Source: Methylophilus sp. 14
GTDB taxonomy: Bacteria; Pseudomonadota; Gammaproteobacteria; Burkholderiales; Methylophilaceae
Assembly (NCBI RefSeq): GCF_015354345.1
Contig: NZ_JADKYS010000003.1
Span: forward strand, 52,856 to 92,855
DNA length: 40,000 nt
Direction of reading: 5' to 3'
The notes beneath the pieces were generated by a model. The model ran no database searches. It had not been told where the DNA came from and saw only the letters and a list, made by a program, of their open reading frames with translations. The position numbers were made by a program, and so were the translations under genes. Shown here piece after piece: positions 1-11,423 of the stretch (positions are counted from its first letter, which is position 1; each line of letters starts with the position of its first letter).

Positions 1-333
1 GATTTGAAAGCCTATGGTCAGCACTGGGTTGAGTGACGTCATCGGCTCCTGGAAAATCATGGCCATTTGCCGACCACGCAGACGTTGCATGGCGGTTTCA
101 CTCAACTGGCTGATGTCCTGGCCCTGAAAGAACACTTGTCCTTGCATGCGCAGTTGCGGTGAAAGCAGTTTCATCACACTCAGCGCAGTCAGGCTTTTGC
201 CACTGCCGGATTCGCCGACGATGCAAGTGGTTTTGCCTCTTTGCAGCGCGAAAGACACCTGCTTGACCAGTGTGCGCTCAGGCGCATGGGCTGGCGAGAT
301 GCTGAGTTGATCGATGCGTAAAATTTCAGTCAT
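1..333 (-). CDS. ABC transporter ATP-binding protein, N-terminal fragment (gene continues past the window start)
   Basis: Manual - strand translation from the ATG at 333 gives MTEILRIDQLSISPAHAPERTLVKQVSFALQRGKTTCIVGESGSGKSLTALSVMKLL..., with Walker A GESGSGKS. The N-terminus looks DppD/OppD/YejF-like. ATGA start/stop overlap with the upstream gene. It is absent from the ORF track because no stop lies in the window. Confidence 0.8.
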   Translation of the reverse strand, partial: MTEILRIDQLSISPAHAPERTLVKQVSFALQRGKTTCIVGESGSGKSLTALSVMKLLSPQLRMQGQVFFQGQDISQLSETAMQRLRGRQMAMIFQEPMTSLNPVLTIGFQI

Positions 334-1085
334 TCGATGTTATACACCACGGTGACTACCACACGGGCAATTTTATCCACGGTGGATTTGTCATAAATGC
401 CACCGTAGCTCTTGTCGCTGTCTTCACCACCTGTCGCAGGCAAGATATAAAACGCGCCCTGGCTGGCTGATTTCATAACGCCTACTTTCACGCCATCCTG
501 CTTCACGAATTCGGTCGCGCGCGTACGGGCATTTTTAGTCGCATCAGCAATCAGTGACATTTTGACGGTTTCCAGATTGCTGACCAGGTATTCGGGTGGT
601 TGGGAGGTGACTGGATGGTTATCGGCGCGCAAGGTTAAAATGGCCTGATTGGCTGCCGCGATTTTCTTGAGGTCTTTGCTGCTGATATGCACGCTTTGAT
701 AGCCCTCAAAACCGCGTTGTACCTGGCGTGGGCTGTCGTGGATATATTCTTCTTCGTAATGCGGCCCCAGTGTTTGCACATCTACCGTGCGCATGCTGGC
801 ATCCAGGCCTTGCAGGTCGAGAAAGTTTGCCAGAACGGCACGCTCACGGTCTATGGCTTGCAGGGTTTCTGCCTGCGTGGGCGCGACCACACCGATGTTA
901 ATCGTCCATTGCGCTCGATCTGCCTTGACTGGTTTTTCTGCCAGGCCCTTCACGGTAATGGATTGCTGGCTGGAAACGGCATGTTTTGCCTGCACGCCCA
1001 GAATAAAGGCTGCCGATGCCATGCCCACTGCCAGAAGCAGGCCCAATGCCGTCATGGCATTAAAAAAGTGTTTTTGCTCTGACAT
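330..1085 (-). CDS. SIMPL (DUF541) domain periplasmic/membrane-anchored protein
   Basis: 251 aa ORF with an N-terminal TM/signal anchor (ALGLLLAVGMASAAFILG). The remainder has the general layout of YggE/SIMPL-family proteins. Assigned by recognition only. Confidence 0.55.
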   Translation of the reverse strand: MSEQKHFFNAMTALGLLLAVGMASAAFILGVQAKHAVSSQQSITVKGLAEKPVKADRAQWTINIGVVAPTQAETLQAIDRERAVLANFLDLQGLDASMRTVDVQTLGPHYEEEYIHDSPRQVQRGFEGYQSVHISSKDLKKIAAANQAILTLRADNHPVTSQPPEYLVSNLETVKMSLIADATKNARTRATEFVKQDGVKVGVMKSASQGAFYILPATGGEDSDKSYGGIYDKSTVDKIARVVVTVVYNIE

Positions 1086-1109
1086 CTGGCCTCCTGTGGC
1101 GTGAAGCGA

Positions 1110-2369
1110 TTAACTGGATTGAACGATGCTCAACACCTGATCAAGTTTAACGCGTGCTTGTTCGCCCTGTCCCAGCATGGGCTTCAGGCTGAGCTCGTTC
1201 GCGGCGGCTTCGTCATCGCCCAGAATGGCGGCAAATTTGGCACCGCTGCGGTCGGCTTTTTTCATTTGTGATTTAAAGCTGCCACCACCGGCGTGCAGCA
1301 CCACACTTAAGCCCATGCTACGCAGGCTTTCGGCGATGGTAAAGGCTTTTTGTTCGGCCAGTTCACCGACATTGACCAGGTAAATATCCGCCTGGTTGGC
1401 GGCGGTCACGCCGTATTCTTGCATGAGCAGGAACACACGTTCCAGGCCAATGCCAAAGCCGCAGGCCGGAGTCGCATTACCGCCGATGCGCTCTACCAGG
1501 GTGTCGTAACGGCCACCGCCAGCAATCGTACCCTGGGCACCCAGCTTGGTCGTCACCCATTCAAACACGGTGCGGTTGTAGTAATCAAGGCCGCGCACCA
1601 ATCTATGGTTAATGGTATACGCAATCCCCGCATGGTCGAGCAGGGCGCGTAATTGCGCAAAGTGCTGCTTGGAAGTCTCTCCCAGGCAATCCATTAGTTT
1701 AGGCGCGGCTTCGCACATGGCTTGCATGCGCGGGTTCTTGGTATCCAGAATGCGCAAAGGATTGCTATGCAAACGGCGCTTGGCATCTTCATCCAGCAAG
1801 TCTGCATGCTGCTCAAAATAGGCAATCAGTGTTTGGCGATATTGCGCCCGCTCGTCCGCATCACCGATGCTGTTTAACTGTAATTCAACGTCGGTTATGC
1901 CCAGGGCTTGCCACAAGCGTGCCAATAACACGATTTGTTCGGCATCGACATCCGGGCCATCAAAGCCAAAAGCCTCGACGCCAATCTGGTGGAACTGACG
2001 CTGGCGGCCTTTTTGCACGTTTTCGTGGCGGAACATCGGGCCCATATACCACAGGCGCTGTGGGCCATTGTAGGTGAGGTTATGCTCAACCACGGCACGC
2101 ACGCAACCGGCGGTGCCTTCTGGGCGCAGGGTCAATTTGTCGCCATTGAGCTTGTCTTCCCAGGCATACATTTCTTTTTCAACAATATCAGTATGTTCGC
2201 CGACACTGCGCACAAACAGTTCAGTCGGTTCGACCAGTGGCATACGGATATTGTTGTAACCATACTGACCCAAAATGCGGCGGGCAGTATCTTCGAGTTT
2301 AAACCAGAGTGGGGTGGCTTCCGGCAAGATGTCGTAGAAGCCTTTGATAGATTGAAATTTTTGCGTCAT
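1110..2369 (-). CDS. hisS: histidine--tRNA ligase
   Basis: 419 aa. Class II aaRS motifs and a typical HisS N-terminus (IKGFYDILPE...RMPLVEPTELF...LRPEGTAGCVRA). Confidence 0.95.
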   Translation of the reverse strand: MTQKFQSIKGFYDILPEATPLWFKLEDTARRILGQYGYNNIRMPLVEPTELFVRSVGEHTDIVEKEMYAWEDKLNGDKLTLRPEGTAGCVRAVVEHNLTYNGPQRLWYMGPMFRHENVQKGRQRQFHQIGVEAFGFDGPDVDAEQIVLLARLWQALGITDVELQLNSIGDADERAQYRQTLIAYFEQHADLLDEDAKRRLHSNPLRILDTKNPRMQAMCEAAPKLMDCLGETSKQHFAQLRALLDHAGIAYTINHRLVRGLDYYNRTVFEWVTTKLGAQGTIAGGGRYDTLVERIGGNATPACGFGIGLERVFLLMQEYGVTAANQADIYLVNVGELAEQKAFTIAESLRSMGLSVVLHAGGGSFKSQMKKADRSGAKFAAILGDDEAAANELSLKPMLGQGEQARVKLDQVLSIVQSS

Positions 2370-2372
2370 AAA

Positions 2373-3653
2373 CTAAATAGCAACGATAGGAATCACGCTG
2401 GCTTTGGCAGCGCGTAGCTTGCCACCTTCGGCGTAGTGCGTGCGGACATATTCGTCCACAATGTCTTGAAATTCTTCGGCAATATGGTCGCCCTTGAGAG
2501 TGACGGTTTTCTCGCCATCGACAAAGACGGGTGCGACTGGGGTTTCGCCTGTGCCTGGCAAGCTGATGCCGATATTGGCCAATTTGGACTCACCGGGACC
2601 ATTGACCACGCAGCCCATCACGGCCACATTGAGGGTTTCCACACCAGGGTATTGCGCGCGCCAGACCGGCATCTGGGTGCGTAGCCAGGTTTGGATTTGC
2701 AACGCCAGCTCTTGAAAATAGGTGCTGGTGGTGCGGCCACAACCTGGGCAAGCGGTCACCAAGGGGGTAAACGAGCGTATGCCCATGGTTTGCAAAATCT
2801 CTTGAGCAACCACGACTTCCTTGGTGCGGGATTCTCCAGGCTCAGGCGTGAGTGACACGCGTATGGTGTCGCCTATGCCTTGTTGCAGCAAAATGGCCAG
2901 GGCAGCGGTGGAGGCGACTACGCCTTTGGAGCCCATGCCTGCTTCGGTCAGGCCCAGATGCAAAGGGTAGTCGCAACGTTTGCCCAGCTCCTGATATACC
3001 AGGACCAAGTCTTGCACATTGCTCACTTTGCAAGAAATAATGATTTGATTGGGATTTAAACCCAGGTCTACTGCTTGTTGTGCGCTTTCAAGCGCAGACT
3101 GAATCAAGGCTTCACGCATCAAGGCATCGGCAGATAAAGGATTGGCGGCTTTGCCGTTGTCATCCATCATTTGTGCCATTTTTGCCTGGTCCAGGCTGCC
3201 CCAGTTCACGCCGATGCGCACAGCTTTTTTGTAGTGGATGGCGGCTTCAATCATGGCGGCAAACTGTTCGTCACGCTTGCTGCCTTTGCCGACGTTGCCA
3301 GGGTTGATACGGTATTTAGCCAGTGCCTCAGCGCAGTCAGGATAAGCTTGCAGCAACTTGTGGCCGTTAAAGTGAAAGTCACCCACCAATGGTACATGGC
3401 AACCCAAGGCATCCAGGCCTTTGCGAATGGTGGAGACCTGGGCGGCAGCTTCGGCGCTGTTTACGGTAATGCGCACCACTTCTGAACCGGCTTGCCACAG
3501 CTCGTATACCTGAGCAATGGTGCCCGCAGCATCGGCGGTATCAGTATTGGTCATACTCTGCACGACGACCGGGGAGACGATCGTGCCATCCAGGCCGCCA
3601 CCGACTGCCACATGGCCGACCATTACCTGACGGGTGTTTCTACGGGATATCAT
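2373..3653 (-). CDS. ispG: 4-hydroxy-3-methylbut-2-en-1-yl diphosphate synthase (flavodoxin)
   Basis: 426 aa. IspG/GcpE signature regions ([23 protein letters not shown] Fe-S cysteines). Conserved position next to hisS. Confidence 0.95.
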   Translation of the reverse strand: MISRRNTRQVMVGHVAVGGGLDGTIVSPVVVQSMTNTDTADAAGTIAQVYELWQAGSEVVRITVNSAEAAAQVSTIRKGLDALGCHVPLVGDFHFNGHKLLQAYPDCAEALAKYRINPGNVGKGSKRDEQFAAMIEAAIHYKKAVRIGVNWGSLDQAKMAQMMDDNGKAANPLSADALMREALIQSALESAQQAVDLGLNPNQIIISCKVSNVQDLVLVYQELGKRCDYPLHLGLTEAGMGSKGVVASTAALAILLQQGIGDTIRVSLTPEPGESRTKEVVVAQEILQTMGIRSFTPLVTACPGCGRTTSTYFQELALQIQTWLRTQMPVWRAQYPGVETLNVAVMGCVVNGPGESKLANIGISLPGTGETPVAPVFVDGEKTVTLKGDHIAEEFQDIVDEYVRTHYAEGGKLRAAKASVIPIVAI

Positions 3654-3655
3654 GG

Positions 3656-4909
3656 TTATTTCAATTGAATGCGTGCCACGCGGCCACGGGTAGCCTGGGT
3701 TAAATCATAAGGCTGGTTATCAATGGTCAATTGGGTGCCGCTGGCATGGCCTACAGTAATGTTGACTGGTTTTTCAGTCGTGACCTGGCGCTCGGAACCT
3801 GCGGGCATGACTTCGCTAAAGACTTTTTTACCTTGCAGGTCTTCAATACGCACCCAGGAGTCTTCATTGACTTTAAATACCAGGCTGGCTTTTTGCGGCT
3901 CGCTTGCCTGTAATGTCGTGCCTTCTGCTGCCTGCGTGGTGGCTGGTGTCGGTGTGCTGACAATGGTGTTATTTGTCACCGAGTTGTTCGCAGGGAATGC
4001 CGTTGTTGCATTTGCGCTTGCATCATTGCCAGTCGTTGCTGGAGCAACTGCAGAATTATCCACGGCTGCTGCGCTGGCATCTACATTTTGCGCCGCCGGT
4101 GCTACAGGGGCAATGTCAGTTGGCGCGGGCGTTGCTTCAGGCACAGGAATCGGGATTTCCTGCCCAGTGGTCTCAGCAATCTCATCCACATCCAAGGCCA
4201 AAGCCGCATCTTTTAAGGCTTGTGGCTTAATATGGTTAATATAAAAATACGCTGCAATGCCTGCCAATACCAGAAAAATCAGGAATGTCAGCAATCGTTG
4301 CGGACGGAATCCTGGCGCTGGCTGATCTATCACTGACCGGCTGGCGTTGGAGCGCACGCTCAGTGGCAGCGGTGCTTTATTGGGCACAATGCGTTGATAG
4401 GCCTCAAGAATCGGGTTGACGTCAATATTGAGCAAGCGGGCGTAGTTGCGAATAAAGCCACGCACAATACTTGGCTGTGGCAGCTTGTCAAAGTCATCCT
4501 GTTCAATGGCCTGGATCTGTTTGAGGCCTAGTCTCAACTGGCTACACACCTCATGAATACTCAGGCCTTGCGCCTCGCGCGCTGCTTTCAGCACGTTGCC
4601 GCAACCAGAGCCATAGGCCAGCGTGGCACTGGCGGGTTGTGGTGCGCTTTCCAAGGCCATGGCTGCGCCATATTCTTCGGGGGCGTCCAGGTGTTCGGCA
4701 GCGGTGGCCTGCGTTACATCACTGCTGGCTTGCGCCTGTTGGCTATCCATTTGCTGGCTCTCTATGCCCTGGCTTTCCATGGCGACCTGATAGGCCTGCT
4801 CAGGGGCAGGCTCGGTCACCGTTTTGCGTTTGCGACCACGTTTAGGTTTGTCTGCTGCCTCTGCCGGTACAGGGTTGACGTTGGTTTTGTCTTCTGACGT
4901 CACGCGCAT
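3656..4909 (-). CDS. rodZ: RodZ-like cytoskeleton protein (XRE-type HTH, TM segment, Pro/Ala/Thr-rich linker, C-terminal beta domain)
   Basis: 417 aa. HTH ([33 protein letters not shown]), one TM ([19 protein letters not shown]) and a low-complexity linker. Sits between pilW and ispG as in many beta/gammaproteobacteria. The start is uncertain: the HTH begins near residue 100 and an internal ATG at 4660 is possible. Confidence 0.7.
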   Translation of the reverse strand: MRVTSEDKTNVNPVPAEAADKPKRGRKRKTVTEPAPEQAYQVAMESQGIESQQMDSQQAQASSDVTQATAAEHLDAPEEYGAAMALESAPQPASATLAYGSGCGNVLKAAREAQGLSIHEVCSQLRLGLKQIQAIEQDDFDKLPQPSIVRGFIRNYARLLNIDVNPILEAYQRIVPNKAPLPLSVRSNASRSVIDQPAPGFRPQRLLTFLIFLVLAGIAAYFYINHIKPQALKDAALALDVDEIAETTGQEIPIPVPEATPAPTDIAPVAPAAQNVDASAAAVDNSAVAPATTGNDASANATTAFPANNSVTNNTIVSTPTPATTQAAEGTTLQASEPQKASLVFKVNEDSWVRIEDLQGKKVFSEVMPAGSERQVTTEKPVNITVGHASGTQLTIDNQPYDLTQATRGRVARIQLK

Positions 4910-5710
4910 TTACTCCATTTTCAGCAATTGTTTGGTTTCGTTGGCATTCGGGAACAATTTATGCAATTGCACACTGTAGTAGCTGGCATCATCCGGCATG
5001 TGTAATGCACGGCAAATGCGTACTGCCAAAAATAATGACTCTGGTGTGGGGGCAACGTTCACACTATTTTGCAAGGTATTCAGTGCCAGCGCTGGTTCGC
5101 CACGTGAAAATTGCAGGTTGGCCAGTTGATAAGCACTGGCGTGTGCCAATGGATCAACTTGCAAAGCCTGGAAGAAATAGTTTTCTGCCTGTGTTTTTTG
5201 CTGTGCGCGCAACGCACACACGCCTGCGTTGTAAAGCGCCACTTGCGGAGTTTTGTAGAGCGGGTTTTTCACCGCCTGCATAAACTCTTTTTGTGAGGCG
5301 TCATATTTACCCTGGTCGCACAAGAAGCGGCCATAGTTGTTATGCGATTCGGAGTTAGCTGGTTGTAACTGGATAGCGCGTTTAAACGCTTCTTCAGCGC
5401 GGCCTTGTTCGCCAATCGCCGCATACACCAGGCCCAGGCCATTGTAAGCCAGCGCATAGTTTGGGCTACGCTCAATCGCGGTGTTAAATTCTTCCAGCGC
5501 CACTTCGTAACGTCTGAGGCGGAAATACTCAGCCCCTAACTCGGTATGAACGCGAGCAGATTCCACATCGCCAGTTTCGCGGCCTATGGGTTGCTGGTCA
5601 TACGGAGAGTTATTGCTACTAGACGACGGGTTTTGTGCACAACCCGCCAGCCACAGCGCAGAGGCCAAGGTAAGCATGACCGCGGATGGCGTGAAGAAGG
5701 TTGTTTTCAT
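4910..5710 (-). CDS. pilW: type IV pilus biogenesis/stability lipoprotein PilW (TPR repeats)
   Basis: 266 aa. Lipobox LAGC followed by TPR-like repeats. Conserved rlmN-pilW-rodZ context. Confidence 0.7.
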   Translation of the reverse strand: MKTTFFTPSAVMLTLASALWLAGCAQNPSSSSNNSPYDQQPIGRETGDVESARVHTELGAEYFRLRRYEVALEEFNTAIERSPNYALAYNGLGLVYAAIGEQGRAEEAFKRAIQLQPANSESHNNYGRFLCDQGKYDASQKEFMQAVKNPLYKTPQVALYNAGVCALRAQQKTQAENYFFQALQVDPLAHASAYQLANLQFSRGEPALALNTLQNSVNVAPTPESLFLAVRICRALHMPDDASYYSVQLHKLFPNANETKQLLKME

Positions 5711-5713
5711 GGC

Positions 5714-6838
5714 TTACTGTTCCGGATGAATCGCGATGGTTTTTTCTGACCGTTTGGTTTTGTCCAATACTTTGCCTGCGAGTTGTCCGCAGGCCGCATC
5801 AATATCATCGCCACGCGTTTTACGGACGGTGACGACAAACCCAGCCTGCATTAACATATCACGAAACGCGCGTACCTGCATCGGTTTGGAAGTGCCGTAG
5901 CCGCTGTTCGGGAACGGGTTAAAAGGAATCAGGTTAAATTTGCACGGCACATTGCGCACAATATTAATCAGTTGCTTGGCGTGTTCCAGCGTGTCGTTCA
6001 CACCGTCCAGCATCACATATTCAAACGTCACAAAGTCGCGCGGTGCCTTGACCAGATAGCGCTCGCACGCAGCCATCAGGTCTTTGATCGGGTATTTCTT
6101 GTTGATCGGCACGATTTCGTCGCGCAGGGCGTCGTTAGGCGCATGCAATGACACCGCCAGGGCTACCGGACAGTCTTCTTTCAAACGGTCCATGGCTGGC
6201 ACCATGCCGCTGGTCGATAAGGTGACGCGGCGGCGGCTGAGACCGTAGGCGCTGTCATCGAGCATGATTTGCATGGCGGTGACGACATTGTCGTAGTTGG
6301 CCAGTGGCTCGCCCATACCCATCATCACCACGTTGGAGATAATACGTTCGCCGGGCGGCAGCAAATCGTAGCCGGGCGCCTGGCGCAAGGCGTGATTAGC
6401 GATCCACAACTGGCCAATGATTTCGGAGACGTTTAAGTTACGGTTAAAACCCTGGCGGCCGGTACTGCAAAACGTACATTCCAGAGCACAGCCCACCTGG
6501 CTGGAAATGCACAACGTGCCACGGTCATCTTCAGGGATAAAGACGGTTTCTACGCTATTGGCAGTGCCGTCTTTAAGGTTGTTGGTGCCGACCAGCCATT
6601 TGCGTGTGCCATCATCAGACACTTGCTCCAGCTGAATGTCAGGCAATTTGAATTCGGTTTCCTGACGCAGTTTTTCGCGCAGGGTTTTGGCAATATCGGT
6701 CATCTGGTCGAGGTCTAGTACCCCGAAATGATGCATCCAGCGCATTAATTGCTTGGCGCGAAAAGGCTTCTCGCCGAGACTTGCAAAGTACTCGGCGAGT
6801 TGCGGTTGGTTAAGATTGAGTAAATTAACCGGATTCAT
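5714..6838 (-). CDS. rlmN: 23S rRNA/tRNA (adenine-C2)-methyltransferase, radical SAM
   Basis: 374 aa. Radical-SAM CxxxCxxC ([11 protein letters not shown]) and typical RlmN N- and C-terminal regions. Confidence 0.95.
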   Translation of the reverse strand: MNPVNLLNLNQPQLAEYFASLGEKPFRAKQLMRWMHHFGVLDLDQMTDIAKTLREKLRQETEFKLPDIQLEQVSDDGTRKWLVGTNNLKDGTANSVETVFIPEDDRGTLCISSQVGCALECTFCSTGRQGFNRNLNVSEIIGQLWIANHALRQAPGYDLLPPGERIISNVVMMGMGEPLANYDNVVTAMQIMLDDSAYGLSRRRVTLSTSGMVPAMDRLKEDCPVALAVSLHAPNDALRDEIVPINKKYPIKDLMAACERYLVKAPRDFVTFEYVMLDGVNDTLEHAKQLINIVRNVPCKFNLIPFNPFPNSGYGTSKPMQVRAFRDMLMQAGFVVTVRKTRGDDIDAACGQLAGKVLDKTKRSEKTIAIHPEQ

Positions 6839-6971
6839 TTCTTATACCAAAATCAATTAAGCTTCTAAATGAGACAAGGCGCGCGTAAAAAATGATGACG
6901 CCACATACATATGCGTATGCAAGGAAATCATTTTTTGCAAGCAACGCCGTATCATGACGAAGATTAGTTGA

Positions 6972-7376
6972 TTAACCGAAGAAGTATTTGATTTCGATCG
7001 CTGCATTTTCCAGTGAGTCGGAACCGTGCACAGCGTTCGCATCAATGCTTTCAGCGAAGTCAGCACGAATCGTGCCTGGCGCTGCATCTTTAGGGTTGGT
7101 TGCACCCATCAGTTCGCGGTGTTTCAACACAGCGTTTTCGCCTTCCAGTGCTTGAATCATCACTGGACCGGAAATCATGAACTTCACCAGGTCGTTGAAG
7201 AAAGGACGCTCTTTGTGCACAGCGTAAAAGCCTTCAGCTTCAGCTTGTGTCAATTGCGTGAATTTAGCAGCCACGATTTTCAAACCGGCGTTTTCAAAAC
7301 GGGTGTAGATTTGACCAATCACGTTTTTTGCAACTGCGTCTGGTTTGATAATGCTGAGTGTGCGCTCTAAAGCCAT
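6972..7376 (-). CDS. ndk: nucleoside-diphosphate kinase
   Basis: 134 aa. [15 protein letters not shown]...NAVHGSDS contains the catalytic His motif. Confidence 0.95.
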   Translation of the reverse strand: MALERTLSIIKPDAVAKNVIGQIYTRFENAGLKIVAAKFTQLTQAEAEGFYAVHKERPFFNDLVKFMISGPVMIQALEGENAVLKHRELMGATNPKDAAPGTIRADFAESIDANAVHGSDSLENAAIEIKYFFG

Positions 7377-7624
7377 GAGAACTCCAATAAGTTAATTAAC
7401 AAGAAAACAAACGAGCATTCTACTATTTTTAACGTGATTGATAAACCGCATTGATATATCTAAGTGATGACTTTTGTCAGTTTATTGCTTTAAATAGCAG
7501 GCATTCATTGCTTTATTTTTTTTATCTATCCAACATAGATGTTTTATGATGTGTTGGTTTCCAACGATCACGTGTATATTCGTTTTCAATAAATGGACGA
7601 TCAAAACGAGAGACCTCATAAGCC

Positions 7625-8833
7625 ATGACAAATCAACAAGACAGTATGCATGCATGCCCGGCCTGTGGCTTGCTATGTGACGATATTTCGGGGGATGCCA
7701 TTGCCAGGCAGCAATTTTCGTGTGGCAAGGCAGCAAAATTCTATGCGCGGGTCAGCACGGGCGCACAACCACAGATTGCCGGACGCGCTGCGTCGCTGAC
7801 AGACGCGGTTGCTGCCGCGGTTGCCGTGCTCAAGCAGGCAAACACACCACTGGTGGCTGGTAGTAGTACCGATGTGCATGGCGCGCGCGCCTTGGTGCGC
7901 CTGGCCCAGCAGACTGGTTCAGCGATGACACACATGAACGCCAGCAGCACGCTGCGCAATATGAAAGTGTTGCAGCACCGCGGCTGGCAAACCACCACGC
8001 TGACCGAGGTACGTAACCGTGCAGATGTCATCCTGATGATAGGCACCGATGTGGTGACCCACAATACGCGTTTCTTTGATCGCATCGTTTGGGTGGATGA
8101 CGCCATGTTTACCGACCCTGCTGCGCGCAAGATTATTTACCTGGGTGGCGATAAGTTGAGTACCAAACCGGGTGTGTCACCCGATGGTCGTGCGCCGGAA
8201 GTGATCGCGTGTGCTGCTGAGCATTTACCCGAGGTAGTAGCGACTTTGCGAGCATTGGTGATGGATAAACCAGTGACGGCGGCCTCAGTGGCCGGTATTG
8301 CCGTCAGCACCTTAAAAACATTGGCTGATACCTTGAAGGCAGCTAAATATGCCACGCTGGTCTGGGTGTCTAAAGACCTGCATTACGACCATGCTGAACT
8401 CACCATTGAAAATATTACCGAAACCGTGGTCGCGCTCAACCAGAAGAGCCGCGCCATGGGCTTGTCGTTAGGTGGTAGCGATGGCGACACCAGCGTCAAT
8501 TATGCGCATACCTGGCTCAACGGCGTCATTATTGATGCACCTGAGTGGGAGAGCCATGATGCGGTCGTGTGGGTGAATAGTTACAGCCCGGACGCCATGC
8601 CACCGGCTGGCACGGGCCCGGTCATTGTACTGGGCGCGCCTGACAGCCAGTTTGATGCCACGCCTGCTGTATTTATTCCAGTGGCGACGCCAGGGCTGGA
8701 TTGTAATGGCCAGCAGTTCCGCGTCGATGGTTCTGTGACCTTGCCGCTGACTGCTGCCAAACCTTCCGATTTGCCGACTTTATCGCAAGTGGTGGCTCTG
8801 ATAGAAGCCCAATTACAAGGAGATTTGGCATGA
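7625..8833 (+). CDS. fhcB: formyltransferase/hydrolase complex subunit B (formylmethanofuran dehydrogenase subunit B homologue)
   Basis: 402 aa. N-terminal Cys cluster (CPACGLLCDD) and a size typical of FmdB/FwdB-like proteins. First gene of a 4-gene coupled operon with fhcA/D/C. Confidence 0.8.
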   Translation: MTNQQDSMHACPACGLLCDDISGDAIARQQFSCGKAAKFYARVSTGAQPQIAGRAASLTDAVAAAVAVLKQANTPLVAGSSTDVHGARALVRLAQQTGSAMTHMNASSTLRNMKVLQHRGWQTTTLTEVRNRADVILMIGTDVVTHNTRFFDRIVWVDDAMFTDPAARKIIYLGGDKLSTKPGVSPDGRAPEVIACAAEHLPEVVATLRALVMDKPVTAASVAGIAVSTLKTLADTLKAAKYATLVWVSKDLHYDHAELTIENITETVVALNQKSRAMGLSLGGSDGDTSVNYAHTWLNGVIIDAPEWESHDAVVWVNSYSPDAMPPAGTGPVIVLGAPDSQFDATPAVFIPVATPGLDCNGQQFRVDGSVTLPLTAAKPSDLPTLSQVVALIEAQLQGDLA

Positions 8834-10494
8834 TTACGCTACTCAAAAATGCCAAAGTGATAGACCCTGCCAACCACAAAGATGGCGTGGTGCAGGATAT
8901 TTATATTCGCGATGGCCGTATTATTGCCAAACCGGCTGACAGTGAAAAAATCGGCCAGGTGCATGACCTGAATGGCAAGATCGTCATGGCTGGTGCCATA
9001 GACATGCACAGCCATATTGGTGGCGGCAAAGTGAATATTGCGCGTATGCTGCTGCCAGAATATCAGGCCATGCGTCGCCTGGAAGAGCCGGAAGCACATA
9101 TCTGCGGCGCCAACTGTAGTCATCATGCGACACCGAATACCACCGATACTGGCATGCGCTATATCGAAATGGGTTACACCGCCGCATTTGAGCCTGCCAT
9201 TTTGGCCGTGAATGCGCGTCAGGCACATATGGAAATGGGTGATACGCCCATGATCGACAAAGGCGGCTACGCCATGTTGGGCAATGACGATTACTTTTTA
9301 CGTTTGCTCAGCCAGAATGCTGACCAGAAAACCATTAACGATTACGTGGCCTGGACGCTGCATGCGACACAAACCATAGGCATTAAAGTGGTCAATCCGG
9401 GCGGTATTTCTGCCTTTAAATTCAATGAGCGTCGCCAGGATTTAGACCAGCAGCACAGCCATTACCACATCACGCCGCGCCGTATTTTGCAGGCCTTAAG
9501 CCGTGCGGTGAACGAGATTGGCATTGCCAAGCCTTTGCATGTGCACTGTAATAACCTGGGCGTGGCGGGTAACTTCCAGACCACTTTAGACACCATGGGC
9601 GCAAGCGATGGCTTACCCATGCATCTCACGCATATCCAGTTTCACAGCTACGGCACAGAGGGCGATAAAAAGTTTTCTTCTGCCGCGGCCAATATTGCTG
9701 AGGCGATCAATAGCAATAAACATATCACTGCCGATGTTGGCCAGATCCTGTTCGGGCAAACCGTGACGGCTTCTGGCGATAACATGATGCAGCATTTAAA
9801 TGCCAAAGTCGCCAACCCGAAAAAGTCAGTGATTATGGACATTGAATGTGATGCCGGTTGTGGCGTGGTACCGTTTAAATATCGCGACCAGAACTATGTG
9901 AATGCCTTGCAGTGGGCGATTGGCCTCGAGGTGTTTTTAAGTGTAGATGACCCTTGGCGCGTGTTTTTAACCACTGACCACCCGAACGGCGCACCGTTTA
10001 CCAGCTATCCGCACCTGATTCGCTTGCTTATGGACAAAACCTTCCGTAACGATGCGTTTGACAAGCTCAACCTGGATGCGCAAGCCATGAGCAACCTGAA
10101 GTCGCTGGACCGTGAATATAGCTTGTATGAAATCGCCACCATGACACGTTCAGCGCCAGCCAAGTTGATCGGCCTGCAAGACCGTGGGCATTTGGGCGTA
10201 GGTGCGGCGGCTGATATTACGGTGTATACCGACCAGGCCGACAAAGAAGCCATGTTTGCCAAGCCAGACCTGGTGTTTAAAGACGGCGAGCTGGTGGTGA
10301 AAGAGGGCAAAGTGGTGAAGGTGGTGTGGGGTGCAACGCATACTGCCAAACCAGCATTTGATGTGGGCGTGGAAAAAGACATCAAACAGTATTTTGACCG
10401 CTACCACACCATGCAAATGAACAACTTTAAAATTTCGAATGACCATATTGCGGAAGATGGCCGCAACCATGTCATTAACCATGCGCAGGGGTAA
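8830..10494 (+). CDS. fhcA: formyltransferase/hydrolase complex subunit A (amidohydrolase, FmdA/FwdA homologue)
   Basis: 554 aa. Amidohydrolase metal motif (IDMHSHIGGG). ATGA overlap with fhcB. Confidence 0.85.
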   Translation: MITLLKNAKVIDPANHKDGVVQDIYIRDGRIIAKPADSEKIGQVHDLNGKIVMAGAIDMHSHIGGGKVNIARMLLPEYQAMRRLEEPEAHICGANCSHHATPNTTDTGMRYIEMGYTAAFEPAILAVNARQAHMEMGDTPMIDKGGYAMLGNDDYFLRLLSQNADQKTINDYVAWTLHATQTIGIKVVNPGGISAFKFNERRQDLDQQHSHYHITPRRILQALSRAVNEIGIAKPLHVHCNNLGVAGNFQTTLDTMGASDGLPMHLTHIQFHSYGTEGDKKFSSAAANIAEAINSNKHITADVGQILFGQTVTASGDNMMQHLNAKVANPKKSVIMDIECDAGCGVVPFKYRDQNYVNALQWAIGLEVFLSVDDPWRVFLTTDHPNGAPFTSYPHLIRLLMDKTFRNDAFDKLNLDAQAMSNLKSLDREYSLYEIATMTRSAPAKLIGLQDRGHLGVGAAADITVYTDQADKEAMFAKPDLVFKDGELVVKEGKVVKVVWGATHTAKPAFDVGVEKDIKQYFDRYHTMQMNNFKISNDHIAEDGRNHVINHAQG

Positions 10495-10496
10495 TT

Positions 10497-11423
10497 ATGG
10501 TGATTAACGGAGTAGAGATAGACGATACCTTTGCCGAAGCATTCAATATGCGCGGCACGCGTATCCTGATTACCGCGCAAAACCTGCGCTGGGCTTATAA
10601 CGCTGCCAATGCCATGACCGGCTTTGCCACCAGCGTGATTGGTTGTGGCGTAGAGGCGGGCATAGAGCGCGAATTGACTGAGGACGAAACGCCTGATGGC
10701 CGTCCTGGCCTCAGCGTACTCATGTTTGCCATGGGCAGCAAAGTGCTGATGCAACAGCTGGAAACGCGTATGGGGCAATGTATTCTCACATGTCCAACGG
10801 CGGCGGCATTTGCTGGTATTGAGTCTGAAGACATGATTAGCCTGGGCAAGCATTTGCGCTTTTTTGGCGATGGTTACCAGGTCTCCAAGCAAATTCCGGA
10901 TGCCAACGGCAAACTCAAACGCTACTGGCGTATCCCCGTCATGGATGGCGAATTTTTGACCGAAGAAACCACCGGTATGGTGCGCGCCATTGGTGGCGGC
11001 AACTTTTTGGTATTGGGCGCCAGCCAGGCGCAAGTGCTCACCGCCTGTGAAGCGGCGATCGATGCCATGCGTCAATTACCCAACGTGATTATGCCTTTCC
11101 CAGGTGGCGTGGTGCGTTCCGGCTCCAAGGTCGGTAGTAAATACCCGAAAATGTTTGCCAGTACCAATGATGCTTTTTGCCCGACCCTCAAAGGCGTGGT
11201 CAAGAGCGAGCTCGATCCACGTGTAGAAAGCGTGATGGAAATCGTGGTCAACGGCCTGACGTTTGAGGATATTGCGGTTTCCATGAAAGCCGGGATTGAG
11301 GCGGCTTGCAGCCTGGGCAAAGACAATGGCATTTTGCGTATTTCTGCCGGTAACTATGGCGGCAAGCTAGGCCAGCATCACTTTAAGTTACGCCCAATTT
11401 TAAGCGGGGAGGTCAGCGCATGA
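10497..11423 (+). CDS. fhcD: formylmethanofuran--tetrahydromethanopterin N-formyltransferase (Ftr family)
   Basis: 308 aa, the size and composition of Ftr/FhcD. Starts 2 nt after the fhcA stop. Confidence 0.8.
   Translation: MVINGVEIDDTFAEAFNMRGTRILITAQNLRWAYNAANAMTGFATSVIGCGVEAGIERELTEDETPDGRPGLSVLMFAMGSKVLMQQLETRMGQCILTCPTAAAFAGIESEDMISLGKHLRFFGDGYQVSKQIPDANGKLKRYWRIPVMDGEFLTEETTGMVRAIGGGNFLVLGASQAQVLTACEAAIDAMRQLPNVIMPFPGGVVRSGSKVGSKYPKMFASTNDAFCPTLKGVVKSELDPRVESVMEIVVNGLTFEDIAVSMKAGIEAACSLGKDNGILRISAGNYGGKLGQHHFKLRPILSGEVSA

Noticed and set aside
3656-4909. An unusual ~100-aa basic/acidic N-terminal extension on RodZ (KPKRGRKRK...).
   Set aside because: This may simply reflect the longest-ORF start. 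An internal ATG at 4660 would place the HTH near the N-terminus as usual. I cannot decide this without homologue alignment, so it is not promoted to a finding.
7482-7736. 84-aa - strand ORF in the ndk-fhcB intergenic region, overlapping the fhcB start.
   Set aside because: It lies in an AT-rich promoter region, overlaps fhcB and has no SD. Its composition is implausible for a real protein.
10401-11075. Long antisense ORFs inside well-supported genes, for example 10401-11075, 12386-12970, 13336-14046, 31929-32519, 37342-37962, 1935-2417 and 27881-28342.
   Set aside because: These are shadow ORFs typical of GC-rich coding regions. Each overlaps a gene with clear family motifs on the opposite strand, and none has recognisable motifs of its own.
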